Made by a program: the position numbers and the translations under genes
Notes under the pieces: model-generated
The model's input: only the letters and a program-made list of their open reading frames with translations
Told to the model about the DNA's origin: nothing
Database searches by the model: none
NCBI GenBank assembly: GCA_963801165.1
Contig: CAWDDT010000005.1
Coordinates: forward strand, 32,001-96,000
Length of the DNA stretch: 64,000 nt
Source of the DNA: an uncultured bacterium
GTDB taxonomy: Bacteria; Actinomycetota; Acidimicrobiia; Spongiisociales; UBA5794
Reading direction: 5' to 3'
Shown: one piece after another, positions 8,932 through 18,880 of the stretch
How the letters are laid out: every line of letters begins with the position of its first letter
How positions within the stretch are numbered: the first letter of the stretch is position 1

Positions 8932-9440
8932 CTGCACTCGAAAGACCGGCCGATCTCGAGCCCGGTGCGGAACCCGCACGCAAGCGACTGGCGCTGGTGG
9001 CTTCGAAAGGAACTCTGGACCAGGCCTACCCCCCGCTCATCCTGGCGACCACCGCGGCCAGCCTGGGCTGGGAAGTCGGCATCTACTTCACCTTCTACGG
9101 TCTCGACATCCTCCACAAGGATCGTATGGAGCACCTCAAGGTGGCATCGCTGGCCAACCCTTCCGGCCCGATTCGTGTTCCCAATCTCCTGGGGGCGATG
9201 CCCGGCGCAACTGCGGCCGCAACCAAGATGATGAAGAACTGGATGAAGAACGCAAAGATGCCCGACCTCGCCGAATTCATGGACATGGCCCGCGATCTCG
9301 GCGTCACGTTGTTCGCCTGCGCCACGACCATGGGCGTGATGGGGGTCAAGGACTCAGACTTGATCGAGGGGTGTGATATCGCCGGAGCCGCCGCCTTCCT
9401 CGACTTCGCCGCCGGCGCCGACGTCCAATTGTTCATCTGA
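8928..9440 (+). CDS. DsrE2 / DsrE-like sulfurtransferase (DrsE_2 family)
   Basis: Motifs SKGTLD.AYPPLILA, YFTFYGL, LFACATTM; ATGA overlap with tusA. Confidence 0.85.
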   Translation: MTALERPADLEPGAEPARKRLALVASKGTLDQAYPPLILATTAASLGWEVGIYFTFYGLDILHKDRMEHLKVASLANPSGPIRVPNLLGAMPGATAAATKMMKNWMKNAKMPDLAEFMDMARDLGVTLFACATTMGVMGVKDSDLIEGCDIAGAAAFLDFAAGADVQLFI

Positions 9441-11075
9441 GACCGGGAGCTGGAGCCGGAAGTTGGCCTCCGTCCCATCGTGGTGATAGCTGAGTTCGCC
9501 ACCCATCAACCTGGCGAGGACCCGTGCCACGTGAAGACCGAGCCCGACCGAGCCGACGACACCAGTGTCGCCGACTCGTTCGTACGGCTCGAAGATTCGT
9601 TCCCGAGCCTCGGTTGGGATCGGATCGCCCGTGTCCCGCACCTCGGCGAGTGCCCATCCCGCCTCCGCCCGGACCGTGATGCGGACCTCGTCACCGCCAT
9701 GGCGATGCGCATTCGAGACGAGATTGCGCAGCACCTGGCGGAGCCGTCCCGGGTCGGCACGAGTCCAGACGGTCTCGGTGATGGTGGCGACGTCTCCGAG
9801 CAACTCAGCCACGCGGTGGGCCTCGGCACCGAGATCGCAACGCTCCAGGCTCATGGTGAGCTGGCCGGACTCGGCGCGGGCGGTGACCAGCAGATCTTCA
9901 ACGATGTCAACGACATCCCGGGTCTCGGCGGCGACGATACCGAGCAGCTCCGCCTGTTCGGCGGCGGCAAAGTCGTCGGGCCGGTTCACCAGCTCTTCGG
10001 TCAGGCCCAGGATCGAGGTGAGCGGGGTGCGCAGCTCGTGGCTGACGCTGGCGACGAATTGGTCCCGCTCTTGGAGTTGGCGCTCCAGCCCTCGCTCGGC
10101 CTGGCGCAACCGGGTCACATCGGTCGCCACGAGCACGAGCCGGTGGGGTGCCGATCGTCCGGCGACCCGACCAAGGCTCCACAGGAACACATAATCCCGT
10201 TCCGTTCCGTCGGTGTGGGCAAAGGTCACCTCGCCCGAGCCGGCGGTGTTGCCGCTTACCAAGGCCGTCAGCATCGACCAGGCCACGTCCCGGACCCCGG
10301 GTAGGTTGGGACCGGCGACGAACGTTTCCCAGACACCGAAGTCCTCCGCCATGTCGTCGGCCACCTGGTTTGTGTACGTGAGCCGCACCATATGCATCAT
10401 CTCCGCATACAGGCCATCGAGCGACGTGGCGGGCAAACCGGTCTCCGCCATCGTGCGAACAAGAGCAATCACCCCTGAGATGTCGAATTCGAAGGTGGCA
10501 ACGGGGATGACACTTGCCAGATCGCTGTACCTGCTCTGGGAAACGGCGAGCGATTCCAGAACTCTGATCACGAGATACATGACGGTTCCCAGCACCGCCA
10601 CCACCACCAGACAGTCCGAGACGATCTCGAGAGTGAGCCCGTTGAGGGTGATCTGGCTGATGAGGACGATGACCAGGGCGGCCGAGAGAAACCCTGTGGC
10701 GACCCGCCAGTGCTTGTCTCTTGCGATGAAGACAGCGAGCACCCCGAGGCCGAAAACGACCACCTCACCCCCGACCCCGGCGACATATTCAGTCGCGCCG
10801 CGTACGGCGGCAAACGCCTCAGCCGCGATTGCGAACAACACAATCAACGCCAGCAGGGCGATCACGTTGGGACGGTTCTGGCGAAGCATGACCAGGGCCA
10901 CCCCGGCGGTCAGCAACGCCGCGACCAGCGTGATGACGCCACCCGGCTCCCCGACAATCACCTGCACGGTCGACGAGAGGGCAAGAGCGACGCCACCGAT
11001 CAAAGCAAGTCGGACCGCACTGCGCCTGGCTAGTTCGAGCACAGGGTCGGAGCCCGCTGTGGAGATCGGATTCAT
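9354..11075 (-). CDS. Membrane-bound sensor histidine kinase (orphan)
   Basis: About 6 N-terminal TM helices; H-box SVSHELRTPLT, N-box NLVSNA, G2 GLGL; start refined to ATG 11075. Confidence 0.9.
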   Translation of the reverse strand: MNPISTAGSDPVLELARRSAVRLALIGGVALALSSTVQVIVGEPGGVITLVAALLTAGVALVMLRQNRPNVIALLALIVLFAIAAEAFAAVRGATEYVAGVGGEVVVFGLGVLAVFIARDKHWRVATGFLSAALVIVLISQITLNGLTLEIVSDCLVVVAVLGTVMYLVIRVLESLAVSQSRYSDLASVIPVATFEFDISGVIALVRTMAETGLPATSLDGLYAEMMHMVRLTYTNQVADDMAEDFGVWETFVAGPNLPGVRDVAWSMLTALVSGNTAGSGEVTFAHTDGTERDYVFLWSLGRVAGRSAPHRLVLVATDVTRLRQAERGLERQLQERDQFVASVSHELRTPLTSILGLTEELVNRPDDFAAAEQAELLGIVAAETRDVVDIVEDLLVTARAESGQLTMSLERCDLGAEAHRVAELLGDVATITETVWTRADPGRLRQVLRNLVSNAHRHGGDEVRITVRAEAGWALAEVRDTGDPIPTEARERIFEPYERVGDTGVVGSVGLGLHVARVLARLMGGELSYHHDGTEANFRLQLPVSDEQLDVGAGGEVEEGGGSGDITPLDQV

Positions 11076-11082
11076 GATCGAC

Positions 11083-11109
11083 CAGTCGGCAATGCCACGT
11101 TTCACTTGA
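11083..11109 (-). promoter_or_regulatory. Putative sigma28 (FliA/WhiG)-type promoter
   Basis: Minus strand TCAA-N15-GCCGACTG, 7 nt before ATG 11075. Confidence 0.45.
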
Positions 11110-11258
11110 GCGCGGGCACGGTGCCCCCCATACCCGGGCGAATCGCAGTACGCTCGTTGCGGGGTCTGGTGGCGGATGTAGGGGGTCTCCAGACTCTAGC
11201 TATCGTTGGACTCATGCAACATGGTTAAAAGCAAAAAGGTCCAGGAGGCCGGGTTGAA

Positions 11259-13940
11259 ATGCGTCCCCATTACTTAAGCGAGCTATTCGCCCCCAAATCG
11301 GTGGCGATGTTCGGTGCCAGCGAAACGCCAGATTCCGTAGGGCAGGTTGTCTTCAAGAACCTGCTCGAGGCAGGCTTCTCCGGAGACATCTACGCCCTGA
11401 ACCCCAAACGAGAGACCGTTCAAGGCCAGAAGGCCTACAACAACCTCGATGAGATCGGCAAGGACATCGACCTCGCCATCGTGGCGACACCGGCGCGAAC
11501 AGTCCCGGGCATTGTCGAGCAGTGTGGCACCTACGGCATCAAGTCCATGATCATCCTCTCTGCGGGTTTCCGCGAGATCGGAGAGCAGGGGCGGGCCATC
11601 GAGGACAAGGTCCGTGACGCCGCTCGCTCCCACGGGATCCGCTTCCTGGGCCCGAACTGTCTCGGAATCATCCGCCCCAGCATCGGCTTCAACGCCACGT
11701 TCGGCAACAACAACGCCTCAGACGGCGGGATCGCTCTCGTCTCGCAATCCGGTGCGTTGTGCACGTCGATCCTCGACTGGGCCGAGAACCGCGACGTGGG
11801 CTTTTCCGCCGTGGTTTCGACAGGTATCGCCGCCGACCTCGACTTTGGCGACATTCTCGATTATCTAGCTTCCGATCCCAAGACCGAGAGCATCATCCTG
11901 TATGTCGAGGGTCTCACCGATGCCCGCCGCTTCATGAGCGGGCTGAGGGCGGCGGCACGCATCAAGCCCGTCATCGCCATCAAGGCTGGACGCTCGACCG
12001 AGGGAGCGGCAGCGTCGATGTCGCACACGGGGGCCCTCGTCGGCGGCGACGCCGCCTTCACCGCTGCTCTCAACCGATCCGGTGTCGTCCAGGTCGACAC
12101 CATCAGCCAGGTGTTCGCTGCGGCCAGCACCCTGTCTTCGAAGTACAAGGCCGTCGGCAAGCGCATGGCCATGATCACCAATGCCGGTGGCCCTGCCGTT
12201 CTCGCCACCGACCACGCCCACGGCGCCGACCTCGAGATCGCCACGCTCGGCGAGGAGACGATCAAGGCACTCAACGAGGCGCTACCGGATACCTGGTCGC
12301 ACGGCAACCCGATCGACATCATCGGAGATGCTACGCCGGAGCGCTACCAGGAGGCCATCGACATCGTACTGAAGGATCCAGGTGTGGACGGTGTCCTCGT
12401 GATCCTCACCCCGCAGGCGATGACGGCGCCGTACGAGGTCGCAGAGGCTGTGGTGAAAGCGGCCGAGAACAACCGGAAGCCGATTATCACGTCCTGGATG
12501 GGGGGCAAGCAGGTCGACCCGGCCCGTTCTCTGTTCCGGCAGGCGCGGATCCCGACGTTCAACACCCCCGAGGCCGCGGTAGATGCGTTCCACTACCTGG
12601 CGTCCTACAAGGCCAACCAGCAAAACCTGCTGCAGACTCCAGGGCGCCTCCCCATCGAGCACGAAGAGCCAAACGTGGAAGCCGCCCGGCTGATAATCGA
12701 GTCGGCTCTCAACGAGAAACGCTCCGTGCTGACGGAACCCGAATCGGTCGCGCTTCTCGAGGCATTCAACGTCCCGACCGTGCGCAATGGCATCGCCCGC
12801 TCCGCCGAGGAAGCCCTGGTGCTGGCAACCTCGATAGGTTTCCCGATCGTCATGAAGATCTACTCCGGGGACATCTCGCACAAGTCGGATGTGGGCGGGG
12901 TGAAGTTGAACATCCGCAACGCCGCCGATGTGCGTGGCAGCTACCGCGAATTGGTGGAGAGGGTGCAGAAGAACCGTCCCGACGCAGCGATCGCCGGAGT
13001 GACCGTCGAGGCGATGCACCGCACCACCAATGGCCGCGAGGTCATGGTCGGCGTGATCAACGACCCCGTGTTCGGACCGGTGATCAGCTTCGGAGCGGGT
13101 GGCACCTTTGTCGAGGTGATGGGAGACGCCTCCATTGCCATTCCTCCGATCAACGAGCGTCTGGCCAGGAACCTGATCAGCCGCACCAAGGTGTCGAAAG
13201 CGCTGGGTGAGTTCCGCAACATGCCCGCGGCAAATGTCGACGCGCTAGTCGACGTGCTGCTCCGTGTCTCCAACATGGCCTGCGAGCTGCCCTGGCTCAA
13301 GGAGATGGACATCAACCCGCTCATCGTCGACGAGCGCGGAGCAATGGCCGTCGACGCCCGCATCGTCGTTCACATCCCGAGGCCTTCCCCGGACGCCTAC
13401 GCCCATATGGCCATCCACCCCTACCCGACGGATCTCGAGTCGGTGTTCCAGCTGCCCGACGGACGCGACGTCACCATCCGCCCGATCCGGCCGGAGGACG
13501 CCCAGATCGAGCAGGACTTCGTGAGGAACCTATCCGACGAGGCCAAATACTTCCGGTTCATGCATTCCGTGCATGAGCTGACGCCGGAGATGCTGGTCAG
13601 GTTCACCCAGATCGACTATGACCGGGAGATGGCCCTGATCGCCACGACGTCCGACGACGGGAACGAGGTCGAGCACGGGGTTGTGCGGTACGTGACCAAC
13701 CCCGATCGGACGAGCTGCGAGTTTGCAGTTGTCGTCTCCGATGAGTTCCAGGGCCACGGTATCGGCCAGCGCATGTTGACCCGTCTCATGGAGATTGCCC
13801 GCTCTCGCGGCCTCGACATGATGGAGGGCGAGGTGCTGACGGCGAACCACCGTATGCTCGAGCTGGTGCGCTCGATGGATTTCCAGATCGAGCGCAGCCC
13901 GGAGAACCCCGGCGTCCAATACGTCTGGACAAAGCTGTAA
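11259..13940 (+). CDS. Acetate-CoA ligase (NDP-forming) family protein with C-terminal GNAT (Pat-like protein lysine acetyltransferase)
   Basis: Motifs GPNCLG, SQSGA, SHTGAL, TNAGG, NPIDI, HKSDVGGV, DPVFGP, and a C-terminal GNAT domain (IRPIRPED...QGHGIG). Confidence 0.92.
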   Translation: MRPHYLSELFAPKSVAMFGASETPDSVGQVVFKNLLEAGFSGDIYALNPKRETVQGQKAYNNLDEIGKDIDLAIVATPARTVPGIVEQCGTYGIKSMIILSAGFREIGEQGRAIEDKVRDAARSHGIRFLGPNCLGIIRPSIGFNATFGNNNASDGGIALVSQSGALCTSILDWAENRDVGFSAVVSTGIAADLDFGDILDYLASDPKTESIILYVEGLTDARRFMSGLRAAARIKPVIAIKAGRSTEGAAASMSHTGALVGGDAAFTAALNRSGVVQVDTISQVFAAASTLSSKYKAVGKRMAMITNAGGPAVLATDHAHGADLEIATLGEETIKALNEALPDTWSHGNPIDIIGDATPERYQEAIDIVLKDPGVDGVLVILTPQAMTAPYEVAEAVVKAAENNRKPIITSWMGGKQVDPARSLFRQARIPTFNTPEAAVDAFHYLASYKANQQNLLQTPGRLPIEHEEPNVEAARLIIESALNEKRSVLTEPESVALLEAFNVPTVRNGIARSAEEALVLATSIGFPIVMKIYSGDISHKSDVGGVKLNIRNAADVRGSYRELVERVQKNRPDAAIAGVTVEAMHRTTNGREVMVGVINDPVFGPVISFGAGGTFVEVMGDASIAIPPINERLARNLISRTKVSKALGEFRNMPAANVDALVDVLLRVSNMACELPWLKEMDINPLIVDERGAMAVDARIVVHIPRPSPDAYAHMAIHPYPTDLESVFQLPDGRDVTIRPIRPEDAQIEQDFVRNLSDEAKYFRFMHSVHELTPEMLVRFTQIDYDREMALIATTSDDGNEVEHGVVRYVTNPDRTSCEFAVVVSDEFQGHGIGQRMLTRLMEIARSRGLDMMEGEVLTANHRMLELVRSMDFQIERSPENPGVQYVWTKL

Positions 13941-13981
13941 CCCACTGGACGGTGCGGCCGCGACATCTCGTCGTGGCCCGT

Positions 13982-14734
13982 TCAGGCCCCGGCGGTGCGC
14001 CACTCCATGAGGGTGCTCTCGATCGTCTGGCGGGCCCTGGCGATGAGGTCGGCCGGGTCCTCGCCGGCAAGGCGTTGCAGCGGATCGGAAAACCGCACCC
14101 GGACCCTGGTACCGAACGGAACGGGAAACAGCTTGTCTTGGAGCAGCTTCCAGGAACCGTCGATCGTCGCCGGGACGACGGGCAGGTTCGGTGCCGCGGC
14201 GAGCAGCTCCTTGAGACCACCCATCCGGAAAGTCTTGAGCCTGCCGTCACGTGACCGGGTACCCTCCGGAAAGATCACGACGGCGACGTTGCGCCTCTCG
14301 GCGGCCTCTCCCAGCTCCCGGATCGCCCGGCGAGCCTGAGCCGGATCGTCACGGTCGATGACCGCGTTGCCGCCGTGGTTGAGATTGAACGAAATCGCCG
14401 GCAGCCATCGCTTCAACTCCCGCTTCGCCACGTACTTCGGGTAATTGCTGAAGAGCAACCCGCCGAAGATGGGGACGTCGAACAGGCTCTGGTGGTTGGA
14501 CACGATGATGTAACCGGTCCGGGGATTGATGCCTTCCGAACGCTCCACCTGGAGCCGGGTCCCTGTCATTGCAAAGATACCGAGCAGTGTCTGCTGCATC
14601 ACCCCCATGGTGACCTCCATGGGTCGGAGCCCGAACAGCCGGGCGATCCGGGCGATCGGCTCGAAGATCGCGAGCGTCAGCCCGAACAGGATCAGGAACG
14701 GGATGGTGCACAGCCAGTCGAGGATCTTCTTCAC
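13982..14734 (-). CDS. Lysophospholipid acyltransferase (PlsC family)
   Basis: NHQSLFD (HX4D motif) and IFPEGTRS. Confidence 0.9.
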   Translation of the reverse strand: MKKILDWLCTIPFLILFGLTLAIFEPIARIARLFGLRPMEVTMGVMQQTLLGIFAMTGTRLQVERSEGINPRTGYIIVSNHQSLFDVPIFGGLLFSNYPKYVAKRELKRWLPAISFNLNHGGNAVIDRDDPAQARRAIRELGEAAERRNVAVVIFPEGTRSRDGRLKTFRMGGLKELLAAAPNLPVVPATIDGSWKLLQDKLFPVPFGTRVRVRFSDPLQRLAGEDPADLIARARQTIESTLMEWRTAGA

Positions 14735-14797
14735 GCGAACTCCGGAATCAGCTGTATCAGCATGGCAGCTCGAGCGCATAACGCAAGCTCGGCGTCT

Positions 14798-15970
14798 TCA
14801 CGTCGGGTCAGACCGTGTGGCGACGCGACCCACGGCTGCGATGGCGACGGAAGCTACAGCCAGCGCGGCGCCAACGAGGATCCAGATCGCATCGAAACCC
14901 CACCGCTCGGCCACAACACCGATCACAACGGGGCCGGCACCGGCACCGAAGAAGATCCCGGCCTGGGTGATCCCCGACGATCTCGCCGCCGAGCCCGTGT
15001 TGGCGTTGACAACGGTGAAGGTCATCAGCCCGGGCCAGCCCCAACCGGTGGCAAATGCCGCCAGGACGAGAGCAGAGAACGCCACGCCCGTCACCGTACC
15101 GAACACCCAGAAGACGATCACGCCGACTGCGGTCAGCGCCGTCATCGCCCCAAAGCCTCTGCCGTTTCTCCGATCGGTGACGTACCCGACCGCGACCCGT
15201 CCGGCGATGCTCGCCGCAGAGCCGGCGAAGAGAAGCCAGCCGGCGGCCGCTTCCGTGAAGCCACGGTCGACGGCTGCGGCGACGAGGTATGTGCTCAACG
15301 CGATCGCCCCCCAGGTCGCCATGGATGCGCCGATCGCCAGCCCGACTAGAAGCCGCGTCGTCATCGGCTCGACACGCCGTCTCGTGTCTGCAGGGGGGAC
15401 GTCTCCGGGGGTGAACTCACCCGCTGCCAACAGCCACACGACAACACCGAACAGGGCAGCGAAGACATAGGCGCTGCGCCAGCCCGTATGGAGGATCACG
15501 ACCGGGATGGCGAGACCGGCGAGGAGAGTAGATGCCGGGATCCCGGCATGCTTGAGACCAAAAGTCATCGCCCGCCTGGCGGGGTCGACGTGCTCGGCGA
15601 GTGCCAGGTTGGCGGCAGGATTGGCGAGGCCATAGACGATCCCGCCGACAACAATCAGGCTCGCAAAGACAACGAGGTTGTGAGCGACAAGCGCGATCAG
15701 CATCAGAATCACACCCGAGATCGTCGCGTTGAACCGGACGGCCCGTTGCCAGCCCACGCGCTGTACCAGGCGACCGAGCGGAGCCGATGCTGCAGAGGCG
15801 GAGAGGAAGAAGGCCGCGGTGAGGACACCAAGCCCGGTGGTCCCGAACCCGAACTCAGGGCCGATGCTGAGAAAGGCTGCGCCCAGCAGGAACACCGGCT
15901 GCGTGCTCACAACGACGATCGAGACTGCCAGGAGGACCAAACGCCAGGGGATTTGCCCGGATCGGGTCAC
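14798..15970 (-). CDS. MFS transporter
   Basis: About 12 hydrophobic segments and motif-A-like GRLVQRVG; coupled to the azlD-like stop. Confidence 0.8.
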   Translation of the reverse strand: MTRSGQIPWRLVLLAVSIVVVSTQPVFLLGAAFLSIGPEFGFGTTGLGVLTAAFFLSASAASAPLGRLVQRVGWQRAVRFNATISGVILMLIALVAHNLVVFASLIVVGGIVYGLANPAANLALAEHVDPARRAMTFGLKHAGIPASTLLAGLAIPVVILHTGWRSAYVFAALFGVVVWLLAAGEFTPGDVPPADTRRRVEPMTTRLLVGLAIGASMATWGAIALSTYLVAAAVDRGFTEAAAGWLLFAGSAASIAGRVAVGYVTDRRNGRGFGAMTALTAVGVIVFWVFGTVTGVAFSALVLAAFATGWGWPGLMTFTVVNANTGSAARSSGITQAGIFFGAGAGPVVIGVVAERWGFDAIWILVGAALAVASVAIAAVGRVATRSDPT

Positions 15971-16284
15971 AGCAACCAGTCCAGGAGCCACAGCGACCCC
16001 ATCCCGACGGCAACCACGAGGGACACGTTCCGCCATTTGTAGGCGACCAGCGCCGCGATCACCCCGGCGAGAAACCTGGGGTTGATCGTCGGGAGAAGCT
16101 CGACGGCACCGTTCGGCATGACGATGGCGGGCAGGACGATGGCTCCCAGCACGGCCGGGGCTACGTATCGCAACGGCAGCTCCATCCAACCCGGCATCTC
16201 CCGCTCCCCGAAGAACCCGATGAAGGACAGCCTGGTGAGGAAGGTGCCGACGCCGATCACGATGACGGAGATCCACATCGTCAC
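15967..16284 (-). CDS. AzlD domain-containing protein
   Basis: Motifs GVGTFLTRLSF and LRYVAPAVLGAI; follows the AzlC-family gene. Confidence 0.85.
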   Translation of the reverse strand: MTMWISVIVIGVGTFLTRLSFIGFFGEREMPGWMELPLRYVAPAVLGAIVLPAIVMPNGAVELLPTINPRFLAGVIAALVAYKWRNVSLVVAVGMGSLWLLDWLL

Positions 16285-16979
16285 GGCTCACCAGCCTTCT
16301 CGAGCGCAACGCCTGTGCCGACGCCTACCACAGCTCCGATCACGAGACCGAGATGGAATGGGACCCCGTTGGCAACCACGGCAAGCAGCCCACCGGCCAG
16401 CGCAGCTGCGAGACCGGGTCGGGTCTGGATGACCGGGATCAGCAGGACGAGGAATACCAGCGGGATGGCGAACTCCAGACCAACAGATTCGGGGATCTGC
16501 GCCCCGACGACGATACCGGCGATGGTGGCGAGCTGCCACGGCACCCAGAGCCCCATGCCGGCACCGAAGAAGAACCAACGACGGTAAGCCGGATCGTCGT
16601 TCTTCTCGAACTGCAGGATCGACAGGGCGAAGGCCTGGTCGGTGAGGAGATATGGAAGGAGCAGCCGGGAGCGCCGCGGGAAGTCGCGGAAGGCGGGCGC
16701 CAGAGCCGCGCTGTACATCAGGTGCCGGATGTTCACGACGAGGGCGGTGACAACGACGATGACCGCTGCTGCGTGGTCGTCGAACAGCTGCACGGTCACC
16801 AACTGAGCGGCCCCGGCAAAGATTATTTGCGACGAGGCTATCCCGAGACCGCTCCCCACAACCGAGCCGGCGGCGGTCACTCCCAGCACGAGCCCGAAGG
16901 GAACGATGGCAAGCAGCAGCGGAGCCATGGCCCGCAACCCGTCGGCGAACGCACTGCGTCTGATATCAGCGTCTCTCAT
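16281..16979 (-). CDS. AzlC family amino acid exporter
   Basis: Motifs PFGLVLG, FAGAAQ, VNIRHLMYSA, LTDQAFA. Confidence 0.88.
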   Translation of the reverse strand: MRDADIRRSAFADGLRAMAPLLLAIVPFGLVLGVTAAGSVVGSGLGIASSQIIFAGAAQLVTVQLFDDHAAAVIVVVTALVVNIRHLMYSAALAPAFRDFPRRSRLLLPYLLTDQAFALSILQFEKNDDPAYRRWFFFGAGMGLWVPWQLATIAGIVVGAQIPESVGLEFAIPLVFLVLLIPVIQTRPGLAAALAGGLLAVVANGVPFHLGLVIGAVVGVGTGVALEKAGEP

Positions 16980-17063
16980 CAATCCTGCTCCCGAGGAACG
17001 CGCCACGATACCGGCCTTTGCCCCGGGCGCGGATCGCACCGGTGGCGCTCTACTCTCCCACCC

Positions 17064-18326
17064 ATGAGCAGCCCAGACCTCCTCGCCGGATTCGACGAGC
17101 TCCGAGCCGGCCGGCTACGACGCATGAAGCTGGGCGCGGCCGGGTTGCTGGTGTTGGCGGCACTCGTGTTCATCGCCACCTTCGTCTTCACCGACGGGAC
17201 GGGCTGGTCCGGTTATGTACGCGCGGCAGCTGAGGCCGGGATGGTTGGCGGGATCGCGGACTGGTTCGCCGTCACCGCGCTGTTCCGCCACCCGCTCGGA
17301 ATCCCGATCCCCCACACCGCCTTGATCCCCCGTGGGAAGGATGCGATCGGCAGGGGGCTCGGCGAGTTCGTACAACGCAACTTCATGCATCCGGATGCGC
17401 TGGTCGCCCGGGTGCGGGACGCCCGGGTCTCGCTACGAATCGGCGAATGGCTGGCGAACCCGGACAACGCCCGGGCCGCGTCCCGTCAGGCCGCCGGTGT
17501 CATCGCCGCCGTCGCCGAAACCGTCAACGAGGACGAGATCCAGGACAGCCTCCGGGAAATGATCGCAACCCGGATAGAAGGCGTGGACGTTGCTCCCCTG
17601 CTCGGCAGCGTCCTCGACAAGGCGGTGTCCGGCGGCCACCACGAGGCAATCATCGCAGCGGGTCTGCGCGGGGTGAACAATGCAATCACCGAGAATCGGG
17701 ACCTGATTCGCAAGCGGATCTACGAGGAGGCACCCGGCTGGGTTCCGGGCTACGTCAACGAGATCGTCTTCGAGAAGATCTACATCAGCCTGCGCCAGTT
17801 CGTAGCTGAGATTGCCGCAAACGAGGACCACGAGATACGGCGAATACTCGAAACCAAAATCATCGACTGGATCGAGCAGTTGCGGACATCGCCCGAGCTC
17901 GCCGAACGGGGCAACGAGCTGAAACGCCAGCTGCTCGAAGACCCCGAGTTCAGGTCGTGGACGGATGGCATCTGGGCCTCGGTCAGGGAGAGCATCAGCG
18001 CCGCGGCCGAGCAACCCGAATCCGATCTGCGCAAGCGGCTCGAGCAGCTCGCCCTCTCCACCGGAGAGCGATTGGTCTCCGATGGGCAGGTGCGGGAGAG
18101 CGTCGACGCCTGGATCTCCAACCTCGCCCGTCATCTCGCCGAGAGGTCCGGGCCGGAAGTGGCGTCGCTCATCGAGACCACGGTGCAGCGCTGGGATGCC
18201 GATGAGACGTCGCACCGGCTCGAGCTCCAGGTGGGCCGTGATCTCCAGTTCATCCGGATCAACGGCACGATCGTCGGCAGCCTGGTCGGTCTGTTGCTGC
18301 ATGCCGTCGTTCAGGTGCTCGGATGA
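17064..18326 (+). CDS. DUF445 family membrane protein
   Basis: Motifs AAEAGMVGGIADWFAVTALFRHP and C-terminal VGRDLQFIRINGTIVG; TACTCT 7 nt before the ATG. Confidence 0.9.
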   Translation: MSSPDLLAGFDELRAGRLRRMKLGAAGLLVLAALVFIATFVFTDGTGWSGYVRAAAEAGMVGGIADWFAVTALFRHPLGIPIPHTALIPRGKDAIGRGLGEFVQRNFMHPDALVARVRDARVSLRIGEWLANPDNARAASRQAAGVIAAVAETVNEDEIQDSLREMIATRIEGVDVAPLLGSVLDKAVSGGHHEAIIAAGLRGVNNAITENRDLIRKRIYEEAPGWVPGYVNEIVFEKIYISLRQFVAEIAANEDHEIRRILETKIIDWIEQLRTSPELAERGNELKRQLLEDPEFRSWTDGIWASVRESISAAAEQPESDLRKRLEQLALSTGERLVSDGQVRESVDAWISNLARHLAERSGPEVASLIETTVQRWDADETSHRLELQVGRDLQFIRINGTIVGSLVGLLLHAVVQVLG

Positions 18327-18385
18327 CAATCGCTTCGTGCGTAGGACCTGCCGGAGTACCGGCATCCGCTACGCAAGAATGCTCT

Positions 18386-18811
18386 CTAGCTACGGAGCAA
18401 CGGGCGCAATTGATCCACCAGGTCTTTGCGCCCGAGGGCATCAGCGACCGCGGCCACAACCCTTCCATCGTCCTGAAGCCCGTGAACCGAGGAGAAGTCG
18501 GCGTCGGCGTCGTCGCTTCGCACGAAGTACTCGACAGCGCCCGCGAGCAGCCGCCGGTCGATGTATGCCCATTCGTCGGCATGACCGAGCAATGCGATCA
18601 GCGTTGCAGCGATTGGGCCGGCCAGGGCACCATCGGGGACGTTGCCGTCCTCCATCCCCTTTTCGATGACACCGAGGTATGACCGAACCCGCTTCTGATC
18701 GGCCAGCAGGTCTTCCGCCGATCTTGCTTCGCACAACTCCAAGAACACCAGGCGCTCTTCAACACTCAGCGCAGATTCGGCAACTGCCCGGACGACGTCG
18801 TCCCTCGTCAT
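18386..18811 (-). CDS. YkvA/DUF1232-like protein
   Basis: GAVEYFVRSDDADAD...GLQDD resembles the YkvA motif; TACCAT 6 nt before the ATG. Confidence 0.55.
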   Translation of the reverse strand: MTRDDVVRAVAESALSVEERLVFLELCEARSAEDLLADQKRVRSYLGVIEKGMEDGNVPDGALAGPIAATLIALLGHADEWAYIDRRLLAGAVEYFVRSDDADADFSSVHGLQDDGRVVAAVADALGRKDLVDQLRPLLRS

Positions 18812-18880
18812 GGTCGTATGGTAGAAGAATCCAAAGGTGGGGAAAAGGCGAAGGTCTGCGTCGTCCCGTACCCTGTCCGG

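Noticed and set aside
11214-11228. Mini-ORF MQHG* 7 nt after a TATCGT box upstream of the Pat-like gene
   Set aside because: Too short, with no regulatory codon run or terminator; could be chance
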